Shown: positions 47,901-58,960 of the stretch, piece after piece
Numbering within the stretch: the first letter of the stretch is position 1
How the letters are laid out: the number at the start of each line of letters is the position of its first letter
Assembly: GCF_963921235.1 (NCBI RefSeq)
Contig: NW_026948113.1
Location: forward strand, 310,001-374,000
Length of the DNA: 64,000 nucleotides
Source: Mobula hypostoma
Lineage: Eukaryota
Reading direction: 5' to 3'
The notes under the pieces: generated by a model
The model's database searches: none
Told to the model about the DNA's origin: nothing
Seen by the model: only the letters and a program-made list of their open reading frames with translations
Position numbers and translations under genes: made by a program

Positions 47901-50900
47901 CGTAAATCTTGGTCTAACAATCAAGTTGAGCAACAGTGAGATCTGGTGAGTGGTCACCATTGGCAGATCTTATGAGATCCATTTGTAACTGTATTGGTTG
48001 ATGTCTCCTTTCCAACTACAGCACTGTTTGTATCCTTTCCATCGCTTTGTTGATGATCAAGAGTGGACTAATGGAGTAGTAACTGGTTGGCTTTGTTTGG
48101 CCCTGCTTTGGAGAACAGGAGGCTCCTGGGAATGATCCATTTTGTTTGATGGCTCTGGGTATGTTCTCACTGGAGTTTCGAAGAATGAGGGGAAATCTCA
48201 TTGAAACCTGTCTAATATTGAAAGGCCCAGATAGAGAGGACGTGGAAAGATGTTTCCTATAGTGGGCAAGTCCAGGGCCAGAGGGCACAGACTTAGAATA
48301 CAAGGATGCACCTCCAGATTAGAAGAAGGATGAGGAGGAACTTCTTTTGGGGGAATTCATTGCCGCAAACAGATGTATAGCCAAGACATTCAGTATACTT
48401 AAAGTGCTGCTGGTTCTTGATTAGTAAGGGTTTCAAAGGTTATAGCGAGACAGTAAGAGAATGGGGGTAATAAATCAGCCATGATGGAATGGTGGAGCGG
48501 ACTCAATAGGCTAATTCTGCTAATATGTCTTATGGTCTTACAGTCGTATTGTTGGGTAGATACCAGTGATGTTAGCTGGACTGGAACAACTTGGCCAAGG
48601 ACACGACAAGTTCTGGAGACGCAGGTCTTCAGTACTGCTGTTGAAGTGTCATCCGGGCACACAGCATTTGCTATATCGTCATATTAGTTAATGGTTTATG
48701 TCTGGTTATAGCACCATTTCACAATATATTGTAAGATCATGCACATTACAACAAGTGGTGCTGATGGTTGCTGAACCTATCTGTAAATATTTGGCAGCTT
48801 TTGCTTAGGCAGTGACTGTGTTGCCTGTAATCTAGCTAGTCATTGGTGAAAACCTGACTGTGGGACCAGGCCTCATAACCTTGGCTGGAGTATACTTGAA
48901 CAGGTACACCTACTTTTTAATACAAACATCTAATCAGCCAATCATGTGGCAGGAACTCAATACATAAAAGCATAGAGACATGGTCAAAACACTTAGTTGT
49001 TGTTCAGACCAAATATCAGAATGCGAAATAAATGTGATCTAAGTAACTTTGACCATGGAATGATTGTTGGTGCCAGATGAGGTGCTCATCTTCTAGGATA
49101 TTCATGCACAACAGTCTCTAGAATTTACTGAGAATCATGCAAAAAAACAAAAAAAACTAATTCCAGTGAGAAGCAGTTCTGTGGGCAAACACACCTCGTT
49201 AATAAGAGAGGAGAATGGCCCAACTGGTTAAAGCTGACAAGAAGGTGTCAGTAACTCAAATAACTGCATGTTACGACTTAGCGTGCAGAACAGCATCCTG
49301 AATGCACAGCACATCAAAGTTAGAAATGGACGAACTGCAGCAGCAGAAGACCCCACTGGGTTCCACTCCTATGGACACTTTATTAGGAACACTTCTTTAC
49401 CTGTTAAATTGGCCATTGAGTATAGAAAAGCTATTTTATTCTCCCCATGTTCCTATCAATTATCTCCATCCTTCACCACAACCCTGATTCTATCGCTCGT
49501 GTAATTACTGAGGGCAATTCACAGTGGATAATATAGATGACTTTCCCACCAGTATGCATGACTTTGGGATGTAGGAGAAAACCAGAGCAACCAGGAAAAT
49601 TCCCCAAACCCACACGGTCACAGTGAGCACATGCAAACTCCATAAACACAGTGTTGGAGGTCAGGAGCAAACCAGTTCTCAGCGGCTCTTGTCAGCTCTG
49701 TTCCTGTCTGTCTCTCTCGCTCCCTCTCAATCACTCGCTCTCTATTGCTTTCTCTCTCCCTCTCAATTGCTTGCTCACACTCTGTATCACTTGCGTTCTC
49801 TCTCTTTTGTGGTCTCTTTCTCTCTCTACCACTCTTTAATGCTCTCCCTGTCTTTCCAATGCTCTCTATCAATCTCTCACTCTCAATCACTCCCTTTCTT
49901 GATCACCTCGCCCCCTCTCACTCGATTGCTTTCTTGCCCTCTCTTGATTGCTCCCTATCATGCCCACTCCCTCTCTGGCATTGTTTCCCCCTCCCCCTCC
50001 CTCTCCCACTCTCCCGCACGTGCACACTCCCACGCACACACACTCACACACTCCCACACTCCCACACTCATACTCCTACACTCCCACACTCTCACACTCC
50101 CACGCTCCCACACTCTCACACTCACGCTCCACACTCTCACACTCACACTCACTCAGCACTTACAGTACATCGGGCCAAAGGACCTGTCTCCAAGCTGTGT
50201 ATCTCTAACACTAACTGTCTTCTCCCACAGCTGTCCCAGATGTGATGGTCTACTCCAAGATGACTCCAGATGGGGAAGGCCTCATTCTCCATTGCCTGAC
50301 CACTGGCTTTTACCCACAGGCCATCACTGTGACCTGGCTCAGGGATGGCCAACCTCTTCCCCCACATGCAAACTCTAGCATTTTACCCAACCACAACAAC
50401 ACCTACCAGATAAAGGTGTCCTTGCTGTTAGAGCCTACGGAGAGACGGCAACATGTCTGTCATGTGCAGCACAGCAGCAGGCCGGAAGGAGTGGATTTCA
50501 CCTGGGGTAAGACATGGATGAGTAATGAGTAAATCATGGGGTGAAAGGGTGGAGAAGGTATTGTGGGGTGTGTGGGTGTAAGATATCAGTATTTGTATTG
50601 GTTTATCATTGTCATGTAGAATCATAGAGCATTACAGGGCAGAAGCAGGCCATTCAGCCCTGCTTGTCCATGCCAGCCTACTCTTCTGCCTAGTCCTATC
50701 TACCTGCACCCCCCAGATCATGGCCTTCCATATTCATCCATCCATATACCTATCTAAATTTCTCTCACATGTTACAATTGAGCGTCCATCTAACACTTCC
50801 ACTCGCAGCTCGTTCCACATTCGCCCCATCCTCAGAGTGAAGAAGTTCCCCCTCTGATTCCCAGTACACGTACCAAAATATAGTGAAAACCACTCAGTTT

Positions 50901-53900
50901 GTGTGCCCTTCAGAAAGATCATTCTATACATAAGCACATCAAGGTGGTTAAAAGAAAATAATGTTGAATATAGAGTTACAGTAACATAGAAAGTGCAGTG
51001 CAGATAGCCAATACGATGCAACGGCAATGTTGATGTAGATTGCGAGGTCAAGATTTCGTCTGCAAGCATAAAAGAGGACTACTTTTCAGGGATCTGATAG
51101 AAGCTATTCTTGATCCTGGTCACATATGCTCTCAGGCTTTTATATCTTCTGCTCAGTGGGAGGATGGATAACAGAAAATATCTTGGGTTGGGGGGGTGGA
51201 GAAGAGAAAACTGACTGGTGGGGGATGGGTCCTTGCTTATGTTGCCCGCTTTCCTGAGGCAGCGAAAAGTGTGGCAGAGTCAATGGAATTGAGGCTGGGC
51301 TCTATTCACATCTTTTGCAGTTTCTTGTGGTCTTGGGTAGCCAATTGCCAAAACAAGCTGTGATGTATCCAGATATGGTGCATCAATTAAAAATTGGTGA
51401 GGATCAATGGGGACAGGCTGAATTTCCATGGTCTCTGAGATGCTTATTTTTTTTTTCATAAGCGTTGCTTCCTCAGAATTTTTTTTGTTTATGCTTGAAG
51501 CTGAACACAAATACAATTTCAGACTACTTGTATCACAGAGGAATTTGGAGAAACTGGAAATTAACTTTTATTGAATATAATGTGTTAAATTGCATCATGG
51601 TGCTGTCACTTTGCAGTAGTTCAATTTGCTGATGATTTTCATCTGATCTCAGTGTCTGAGACTTTGAGTTAAGTGTCCAGCAATAATCAGCCAGCACTGA
51701 TGGATTCCAGTTCCCTGATACGACTTCTCCATGTCCACAATGTCCTATTGAAGCCTTTCAACACGCTCCTCACTAACAGTGCCAAGATTTGCTGGGAAGA
51801 AGTCTAAATGGGAATGCAGGAAGTGAACCTTTAGTGACATGTTGCACTTCATGGTTTCATCTGCTTGGGATATCTTGATAACCAGCTGCGCGTAGTTTGG
51901 TGCTCTGTAGTTCCCAAGAAAAATTTCAACAACATTCTTGAATGACTTCCATGCGATTTCCTCCATTTCCACTGAAGTTCTTTAAATTTCCTGTCATTGG
52001 TGACCTGTTTGATTTGTGGGCCAACAGAAATTCCTTCCTTAATCTGGGCCTTAGTTATTCTGACTTGGATTATGAATTGAAATAACCAATATGGGCAATC
52101 TCAAAAAAATGGTGCGTGATAGGGAAATTTCATGGTGATTTTCATAATTAGCAGCCTGAAATCCATAAGATACACCCAAAAGTATTCAGGAAGCAAAATC
52201 TTTGTTGTCCAGTGTTATTTATTTATTATTATTAATGTTTTTGTTTTATTTTCTTTGTCCACTTTGTGTGCAGATTTTCATTGATTCAATTATGTTTCTC
52301 TGTACATACTGTGAATGTGTACAAGAAAATGAATCTCAGGGTGGTATATGGTGACATATATGATTTTAATAATAAATTTGCTTTGAACTTTTTAAAACTT
52401 TGAGATGCAGAGGCACTGGTGTGCTTTCTCGGCTGTGGTGGTAGAGTACCTGGACCTGGCCAGATTGTTGGAGACATTTGCACTGAGGAATTTGAAGCTC
52501 TCAACCATCTGCCAGGAGTTTTCAAGTGCCAAGACCACAGCCATACTGAGACTGGGTAGTTTTTGATAGAGTTGAATGGATATATTTATTCAATACCCTT
52601 GAGAAATTTAATTTTAGTCCGATATTCATTTCCTGGCCCTTTGGCCTCGGTATTTACTAACAATCAAAGATCCCCTTTTTTTCACTTATTCTGTGGTACT
52701 AGGCAGGGTTGCCCTCTTAGTCCACTACTATTTGATATTGCCTTGGAACCGCTAGCTATTGCCATTCGTTCCTCTCCTAATATATTTGGTATTACCCGTG
52801 GAAATGAGACTCATAACTTATCACTATATGCAGATGATCTACTATTACATATTTCTAACCCAGGAAAATCTATTCCAGCAGTATTAACTTTGCTTGCTCA
52901 GTTTAGTAGTTTTTCTGGTTATAAACAGAACCTAGGTAAGTGTGAACTCCTTCCATTAAATATGCAGGTTCCCATTTATAGAAACTGTCTATTTAGAGTG
53001 ATTACTAACTATTTTACTTATTTGGGAGATAAAATTACTAAGAGACATAAGGATCTATTCAATTTCAACCTTTTACCATTAATTAATCAGGTTAAACAAC
53101 TGATTACTAAATGGTCCCCTTTGTCTCCATCACTGATTGGCCGTATTAATGCTATTAAAATGATTATTTTATCCAAATTTTTATATTTATTTCAAGCGAT
53201 ACCGATTTTTATTCCTAAATCTTTTTTTGATACTATTGACTTTAAAATTTCCTCTTATATATGGCAAACTAGAAATCCCAGATTAAGTAAAAAATACTTA
53301 CAGAAATCTAAGAAAGAGGGTGGTTTGGCATTGCCTATCCTAAGATTTTACCACTGGGCAATTAATATCCGATACTTAATATTTTGGACACAAGATTAGA
53401 ATATAACTCCACGCCCATATTGGTTAAACCTTGAAGGCCATTCTGTACAAGGGTTTTCTTTAGCTTCCATTTTAGGAACTTCGCTGCCTTTTGCACTATC
53501 TAAATTGAATAAACAAATTTTCAACCCTATAGTTAAACAAACATTGTGAATATGGTTTCAATTTCGTAAATTTTTTGGCCTGAATGAATTTATGTTATCA
53601 AGCCCTATTATATCTAGTTTCTTTTTCCAACCCTCGGTAATGGACCAAGCCTTTCTGATATGGAAGACGAAAGGTATAATATGTTTTCGTGATCTATTTC
53701 TGGATAACTGCTTTACATCTTTTGAGCAGTTATCTGAGAAATTTGATTTGCCTAGATCCCATTTTTTTAAATACCTACAAATAAGAAATTTTTAAAATAC
53801 CACGTTGCCTACCTTTCCGACTTCAAATCATTCTGGCATTCTTGATAAAATTTTAGGTTTTAATCCTTTGCAGAAGGGATTAATAGCAATAATTTATGAT

Positions 53901-56900
53901 ATAATTATTAAATTACAGCCAGATATATCTGATAAAATCAAAAATGAATGGGAAAGGGAGCTTCAACTTTCCCTACCTATAGAGAAATTGGAAAAAAATT
54001 TTCAATTAGTTAGTACTTTTTCTATATGTGCTAAACATACATTAATACAATTTAAAGTAGTACTCAGAGCTCATATGTCCAAAGATAAACTAGCTCATTT
54101 TTATTCCCACAGAGCCCTACTTGTGATAGATGTCACTCTGAAGTGGCTACTTTAACTCATATGTTTTGGTCCTGTCCTCTTTTGGAAAAATATTGGAAAG
54201 ACATTTTTGATATTATTTCAACAGTTCTAAGGTTCGATTTAAAACCCCATCCTATTACGGCAATCTTTGGATTGCCAATGGTAGAACATAGATCTTTGTC
54301 TTCTTCAGCCTGTCGAATGATAGCTTTTGTTACTTTAATGGTGAGAAAATATATTTTGTTGAACTGGAAGGAAACTAACCCTCCAACTACATTCCAATGG
54401 TTTTCTCAAACCATATTAAGTTTAAATTTAGAAAAAATTAGAAGTGATATTTTTGACCCTTCGGTTAAATTTGAAGAAACTTGGAAACCTTTTATGCAAC
54501 ATTTTCATATGAGGTAATCTGACCTTTCCGAATCTTTTTTCTAAACTTAAATTATATGAGAGGAGCGGAGTTGAAGACATTATTGAACATGTCTGATACA
54601 AGCTGTTGGTCTAGCCCTGTTTTGCTTTTTTTGGGTTATTTTTCTCTTTTTCTTTTGGGTTTTTTTTTGTTTATATATATTTTTTTCTTTTTATTTCTTT
54701 TTTAATGATTAATCTCATTATGAGTTTGAAAGTCTTTTATATCTATGATACTTAAAATTCATTTTATATATGCTGATGAACATTATCCTAATCTCTTTGT
54801 ACCAACTTTGTTATTGAGTTTATAATTTTGAAAAATTAATGAAAAGATTTAAAAAGAAAGAAAAGAGACTGGGTAGTAAGGTCAGGGGTCAGGTATGTGT
54901 GGGCAGGTATGGAGATCGGGATGGTAGGTTGCTTCTCCTTATGACCTGTTCGAAGATGTCCCTGAACTGCTAGATAACAGGCTCGCAAGGGAAGGCACAG
55001 TGGTACTGATGATGGTGCTGCTTCCCAACAGCACCAGATGTATCACAGTCTATCATAGACAAAGCCCTTTCCACCATTGAGCACATCTACAAGGAGAGCT
55101 TCCACAAGAAAGCAGAATCTATCATCAAGGACCCCCCCTCCACCCCCCTCCTCCCTTCAGGTCATGTTCTCTTCTCACTGCTACCATTGGGGAGGAGGTA
55201 TAGGAGCTATTGGTCCCAAACCAACAGGAACAGGATCAGTTATTCCCTACACCATCAGGCTATTCAACCAGCATGGTCAACTTCAATCACCTGAACTCTG
55301 AACTATTTCTACAACCTATGGTCTCACTTCCAAGGACTGTAGAGCTCATGTTCTCGTTACTCTTTACTTGCTTTTTTTATTTTTACCGTTGCCTTCTTTT
55401 GCACATTGGCTGTTCGCCACTCTTTGTGTGTAGCTTTTCATTGACTGTACTGTATTTCTATGTTTTACTGTGAATGCCTGTAGGAAATTGTATCTCAATG
55501 TAGTATATGGTGTCTCTAGGTAGAATATGTATACTCTGATAATAAATTTACTTTGGACTTTCACTCAAACCTGTCCTCACAGTCTGTGCAGAGAGGCACT
55601 GGCCAGAATGTCCTTCCTTTGACCTGATATGGAATGGGCTTAATCCACGCTGCAATTATTCTACTATTTGTAAGGAATAGGGGGAGCCTTGTGTAAGGCA
55701 TGGGAAAAGTGCAGGTGGACTGATGCTCACTGCACAGTGATCTGGTAACAATTCTCTCCTTGCTTCATTAGAGCCAGACAGTGGAGTAAATATATGGCTG
55801 ATTATCCTCTTCCTGCTGGTAGTTATCAGTGCTGTGGGAGCTGTTTGCATCTGGCTGAAGCACAGAAAAGGACTGATAAAATGCATCTGCTCAAGCAGAG
55901 GTAAGACTGAGTGGTGTACTTCAGTTTTCATGCCAAGCTCATGAATGGGTCACTCACAGTTGCATGGTTTGATTCACCCGAAGCACCTTTTGGCCTATGT
56001 GCTGAGATGTCAGCAGTGAAATTGTAGGCTGCAGAACTCAACAGAGATCAGGCAGAGATGATGATCAGTAGTCTATCACGAGGGACAGGCCATTCATTCT
56101 CCAAATCCCGACTAACCATCAAGCACTCTCTTATTTCCTTGTCTAGCAGCACATCCTCATTTTCTTTACAAAAATAAATTTATTTCAAGAACCACAATGC
56201 TACAACTCTGCAACAAAACACTAAGCAACAACAATTGATGAAGACCAATTAAATTAAAATATTCATATCCTCGTCTAGGATGCAATGTATGCCCTGTGGG
56301 GACATATGTTTCTGGACTAACTATATGGTGCCCGTGGGCATTGCATCTTATTTCTGCATGGATACCTGGGTGTGAATGTACCCCTGGTGGATTGCCAGGC
56401 AGTCAGCCCGGATGGAGCCCTCATCTACCTGCCTTCAGGATCCTGTGATATTTAACTTTGCCACCCCAAGGAACCAGTTAACCAGGCATCCTCTTCCTGT
56501 CCCATGTCCCCCTGCACTAGCTGACCAAATACAAAGAGGATGGAGCTTAAATCCAACCAGAAGGCGAGGAGAAGCTCCCTCAGATATGTGAATTGGGACT
56601 GCAGCCACACACAGTCTGTGTGCATGTGGACATTGTGCCTTCCAGCCCAAAGAAGCAACAAGTGGCTGGGAGATCTGTGTACAGTCTTATAAACTTATTG
56701 CAAGAAAGTGTTGTGCAGCATTCCTCCTTCTCCCCATCCGGGGGCCCTGTGCTGGCTCTTGCTCTCCATCCTGTCTGACGGCCCGGTGCTCCCTCTGGCC
56801 CCTGTCCAGTGGCCCAGCGTTCCCTCTCGTCCCTGTCCAGTGGCCTGGTGCTGGCTCTCACCCCTGTCCAACGGCCCAGCCTCCCTTATCCTCTGACCAT

Positions 56901-58677
56901 CTGCTCTGGATATGATTAGTCCTCAAGGATGCCTTCTTGTAAATTGTGACCAAAGGCATTTCACGAACCATACCGCATTGATGTGACATTGTTGTTGAGC
57001 TACCTTTGGTCACTTTTAAATGAAAATGTTTTAAGAAGTTCAAAAGAAGCCTCTGAAATGTTTTGTTGGTGGTATTTCTCAACAGCTAATGTGTGCATCT
57101 TTCTTTGTTTAGAATCCACGGGGACGATATCTAAATCAGGTCAGTATCAAAATGCCAATATGCTGTACTCTGTAGGGTATTGCCAGTGTGGGTGTGGCAT
57201 CCCATTGTATATGATTCAAGATTCTATCCCGTTACTTTTCCTGCCAGCTCTATACCACAGATGGAATAACAGGAAACTTTATAGTCTTTGCATTAAGATC
57301 ATCCCCTACTCCAATGTCTGAAATACCACACTCAAGGGAGATATTGCTAATTTCATTCTCAAATCCCACAGGAACAAATGGTGGCTCAAAAGAGGGGAGC
57401 CATGGAGTCATAAGTAGCTAGCCATCTGGACACAAGCTGGGGTCTGATCATCCCTGGCTGGGTCACCTGGAGGAGGGTGTATGATGTTGAAAGACCCGAC
57501 ACACCCGATGATTCCAGGAACATCACTAAAGTTGTGTCCAGAGGCATCAGCAGATGTATGTACACAGCTTATGAACACCGCGGCAAATAACATGGTTTTA
57601 ATGCACAGGGACCAAGGATAAGCATGAAGTGTTTAGAATCACAAGGTAATTCAGCATGGATATAGGGCCTTTGTCACATTGTGTCCATGCAACCATGGTG
57701 CCCACTCAACTAGCTCCAATTTCATGCCATCAGCCTAATCCCCCCAAGCCCTACACCTCTTGTGGGACAGTGGCCCTGTGTAGACTTTGTGTGTATGCGT
57801 AACAACAGCATGTTATTTAGGATTATTTCTTACCATCAAGAGTTTTTATTATAAACTTTGTCCAGAATCTTCACTCATCTTGTGACTTTCTGTTATAGAT
57901 ACTGGTAGCGAACAATCAACGCAAATGATACCAACACAAGAAGCAGACTGCAGTGGTGAGAAAGGGAAAATGCTTGTGTAGTGAAGCGTCTGATCAGAGA
58001 CTCCACTTAAATTGCGCTGGTTGACTCTCAGTGTGTAATCAGGAAGAGGAATGAATTACAGAACACAAAGATTAATTCTGAATTAGATTTACTATTTGCT
58101 CACCTTTTATGTTCAAAGGTCAGAAGTGTCCAGCTGTGATCATAGTCTCAAAACATGGAAGCCCATCAAGTGCCCATTTACACAACAACCTCGATATTCT
58201 CCCACATTCCCATCAACTACCCCTGGATTCCACCACTCAATTTATTTACCCTTCCCACACCCCTGCAACTTCCCCTCAAATTCTACAATTTACCTATGCA
58301 CTGGAGACAATTTATTGTGGCCAATAAACCTACAAGCCCAGGTATCTTCAAGATGTGGAGGAAAACTGGAGCACCCAGTGGAAACCCAGCCAGTCACAGG
58401 AAGACTATGCAACCTGCACACAGACTGTGCCAAGTGACTCCATCAACCTGATGTCTCAGGATATAGAGATCTGACCGACCAAATGACCCTGTGCTATAAT
58501 GGCCCTGGGTTCATTGCTCTGACACTTTATCCAGAGTCCACTTCCAGTAATCCAGGAACATAGAAAACTTACAGCACAATACAGGCCCTTCGGCCCACAA
58601 TGCTGTGCCAGACACGTCCTTACCTTGGTCATTCCCGACTCCGTGACTCCTCCACAGTTTTGACTGCCATTGGATGA
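31752..58677 (+). CDS. MHC class I heavy (alpha) chain gene, 7 coding exons, about 357 aa; peptide-binding type, UDA-like nonclassical candidate
   Basis: Exons of 52+264+276+276+129+57+20 nt = 1074 nt join in one open frame through phase-1 GT-AG introns. Order is leader, alpha1, alpha2 (C101-C164), alpha3 C1-set Ig, TM, cytoplasmic. The last exon is the least certain part. Confidence 0.93.
32520..35800 (-). mobile_element. Cluster of Rex1/Babar LINE fragments in MHC intron 1
   Basis: ORFs 35238..35750 ([20 protein letters not shown]...YQPVALKS), 33288..33491 ([11 protein letters not shown]) and 32952..33197 ([21 protein letters not shown]). Confidence 0.78.
36390..37390. mobile_element. PLE with inverted pseudo-LTR arrangement (minus copy 36390-36990, plus copy 37000-37390)
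   Basis: Minus ORF 36385..36960 [31 protein letters not shown] is the GIY-YIG C-terminus. The acacacaaaatgctg...aactcagcaggccagg ends face each other. Confidence 0.75.
38837..38906. repeat. (CA)n microsatellite in MHC intron 1
   Basis: Direct read; useful as a linked marker. Confidence 0.95.
41449..42457 (-). mobile_element. Non-LTR retrotransposon with restriction-like endonuclease (HERO/NeSL-type), 3' fragment
   Basis: CCHC knuckle [22 protein letters not shown] motif, and after a frameshift RKLSKY...PVEVGCRGF...ASRWLWLKR; 3' UTR to about 41449. Confidence 0.8.
43028..43291 (+). CDS. MHC class I exon 2, alpha1 domain
   Basis: ttggcag|AG acceptor, G|gtgcgt donor, 264 nt. [11 protein letters not shown]...GLLDD...RQPWM...DYW...QRTNRS carries Y7, Y59, R84 and the N86 glycan sequon. 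Confidence 0.95.
43420..44480 (+). mobile_element. CR1 LINE fragment in MHC intron 2
   Basis: gtgactagaggtgtgctgcaagggtcagtg (degenerate GVPQGSVL), [17 protein letters not shown]...LYSLDHRSM. Confidence 0.8.
44690..45250. repeat. Degenerate GT-rich minisatellite (about 30-bp unit gtaatggtgagtagatggctgtgtgggagt) just upstream of the alpha2 exon
   Basis: Near-perfect units at about 45125-45185, decayed copies leftwards; it generates the H/T/P-rich antisense ORFs. Confidence 0.8.
45332..45607 (+). CDS. MHC class I exon 3, alpha2 domain
   Basis: tccttctccag| acceptor, G|gtaggt donor, canonical 276 nt. C101, W133, T143, K146, W147, Y159, C164, W167 and Y171 are present. Confidence 0.96.
45804..46053. 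mobile_element. Tc1-derived MITE
   Basis: Imperfect TIRs tacactaggtgaccacttaattag and ctaataatgtagccactgtgtgta, with TA ends. Confidence 0.55.
48890..49420 (+). mobile_element. Tc1/mariner remnant
   Basis: atgtgatctaagtaactttgaccatggaatgattgttggtgccaga and acaacagtctctagaatttac; related to 30250-30605. Confidence 0.6.
49690..50155. repeat. (CT)-rich then (CACACT)-rich low-complexity tract upstream of the alpha3 acceptor
   Basis: Direct read. Confidence 0.85.
50231..50506 (+). CDS. MHC class I exon 4, alpha3 C1-set Ig domain
   Basis: tcttctcccacag| acceptor, G|gtaaga donor, 276 nt. Motifs [27 protein letters not shown]. Confidence 0.95.
51545..52213 (-). mobile_element. DNA transposon remnant, transposase C-terminus (CMC/Chapaev-like)
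   Basis: [10 protein letters not shown]...[29 protein letters not shown]. That it is a transposase is likely; the superfamily assignment is from recall only. Confidence 0.5.
52561..54864 (+). mobile_element. L1-clade LINE, 5'-truncated, with 13-bp TSD, sense orientation in MHC intron 4
   Basis: [25 protein letters not shown]-terminal HMFWSC motif and A-rich tail; TSD gagactgggtagt at 52548-60 and 54865-77; several stops and frameshifts. Confidence 0.92.
55772..55900 (+). CDS. MHC class I exon 5, connecting peptide, transmembrane segment and start of tail
   Basis: ctccttgcttcattag| acceptor, G|gtaaga donor, 129 nt, phase 1-1. [43 protein letters not shown] is a hydrophobic helix followed by a basic stop-transfer patch. 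Confidence 0.9.
56165..57000 (-). mobile_element. Possible Tx1-type LINE remnant (3' end at about 56165-56330)
   Basis: Minus strand ...[15 protein letters not shown] followed by aataaatttatttttg resembles Tx1 ORF2 termini; the rest is unassigned. Confidence 0.4.
57380..57568 (+). mobile_element. 3' tail of the same HERO-type element, opposite orientation to 41449-41640, in MHC intron 5
   Basis: tggctcaaaagaggggagccatggagtcataagtagctagcc...tgtacacagct is the reverse complement of the 41449-41640 copy with few mismatches. Confidence 0.85.
57899..57955 (+). CDS. MHC class I exon 6, cytoplasmic tail
   Basis: actttctgttatag| acceptor, G|gtgaga donor, 57 nt, phase 1-1, open: [19 protein letters not shown]. 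Confidence 0.7.
58658..58677 (+). CDS. Probable MHC class I terminal exon (coding VLTAIG*), with 3' UTR running to about 58985
   Basis: gactcctccacag| acceptor in the right phase, followed by about 285 nt of unique sequence and AATAAA. Alternatives: acceptor before 58945 (DL*) or read-through of the exon 6 donor (GEKGKMLV*). Confidence 0.45.
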
Positions 58678-58960
58678 AAGAAATCATGTGACTTCACTTG
58701 CTTGGGTTTAGCATAGGAAGTATGGCAGTAATGTGGGCAAGTCAGCTTTTTTAGGATCATCCGGACCAAGCTCAACTAGATCAAACTGATTAGCATCGTC
58801 TCTTAAAAAAGAACATTGTTATGTCAGGTTTGAGCTGCAACAGACCTGTAAATCTAAATGCTAATTTTATGGTGCATTGTCTTGGTTACCATTATGGTCC
58901 ATGCCTTTGTAATATTGTATGTGCTGTAAATATTTTTACCACAGATTTGTGACAAATACC

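Noticed and set aside
49623-50378. 251-aa Ser/Leu/His-rich ORF
   Set aside because: Low-complexity CT/CA tract read out of frame into the alpha3 exon.
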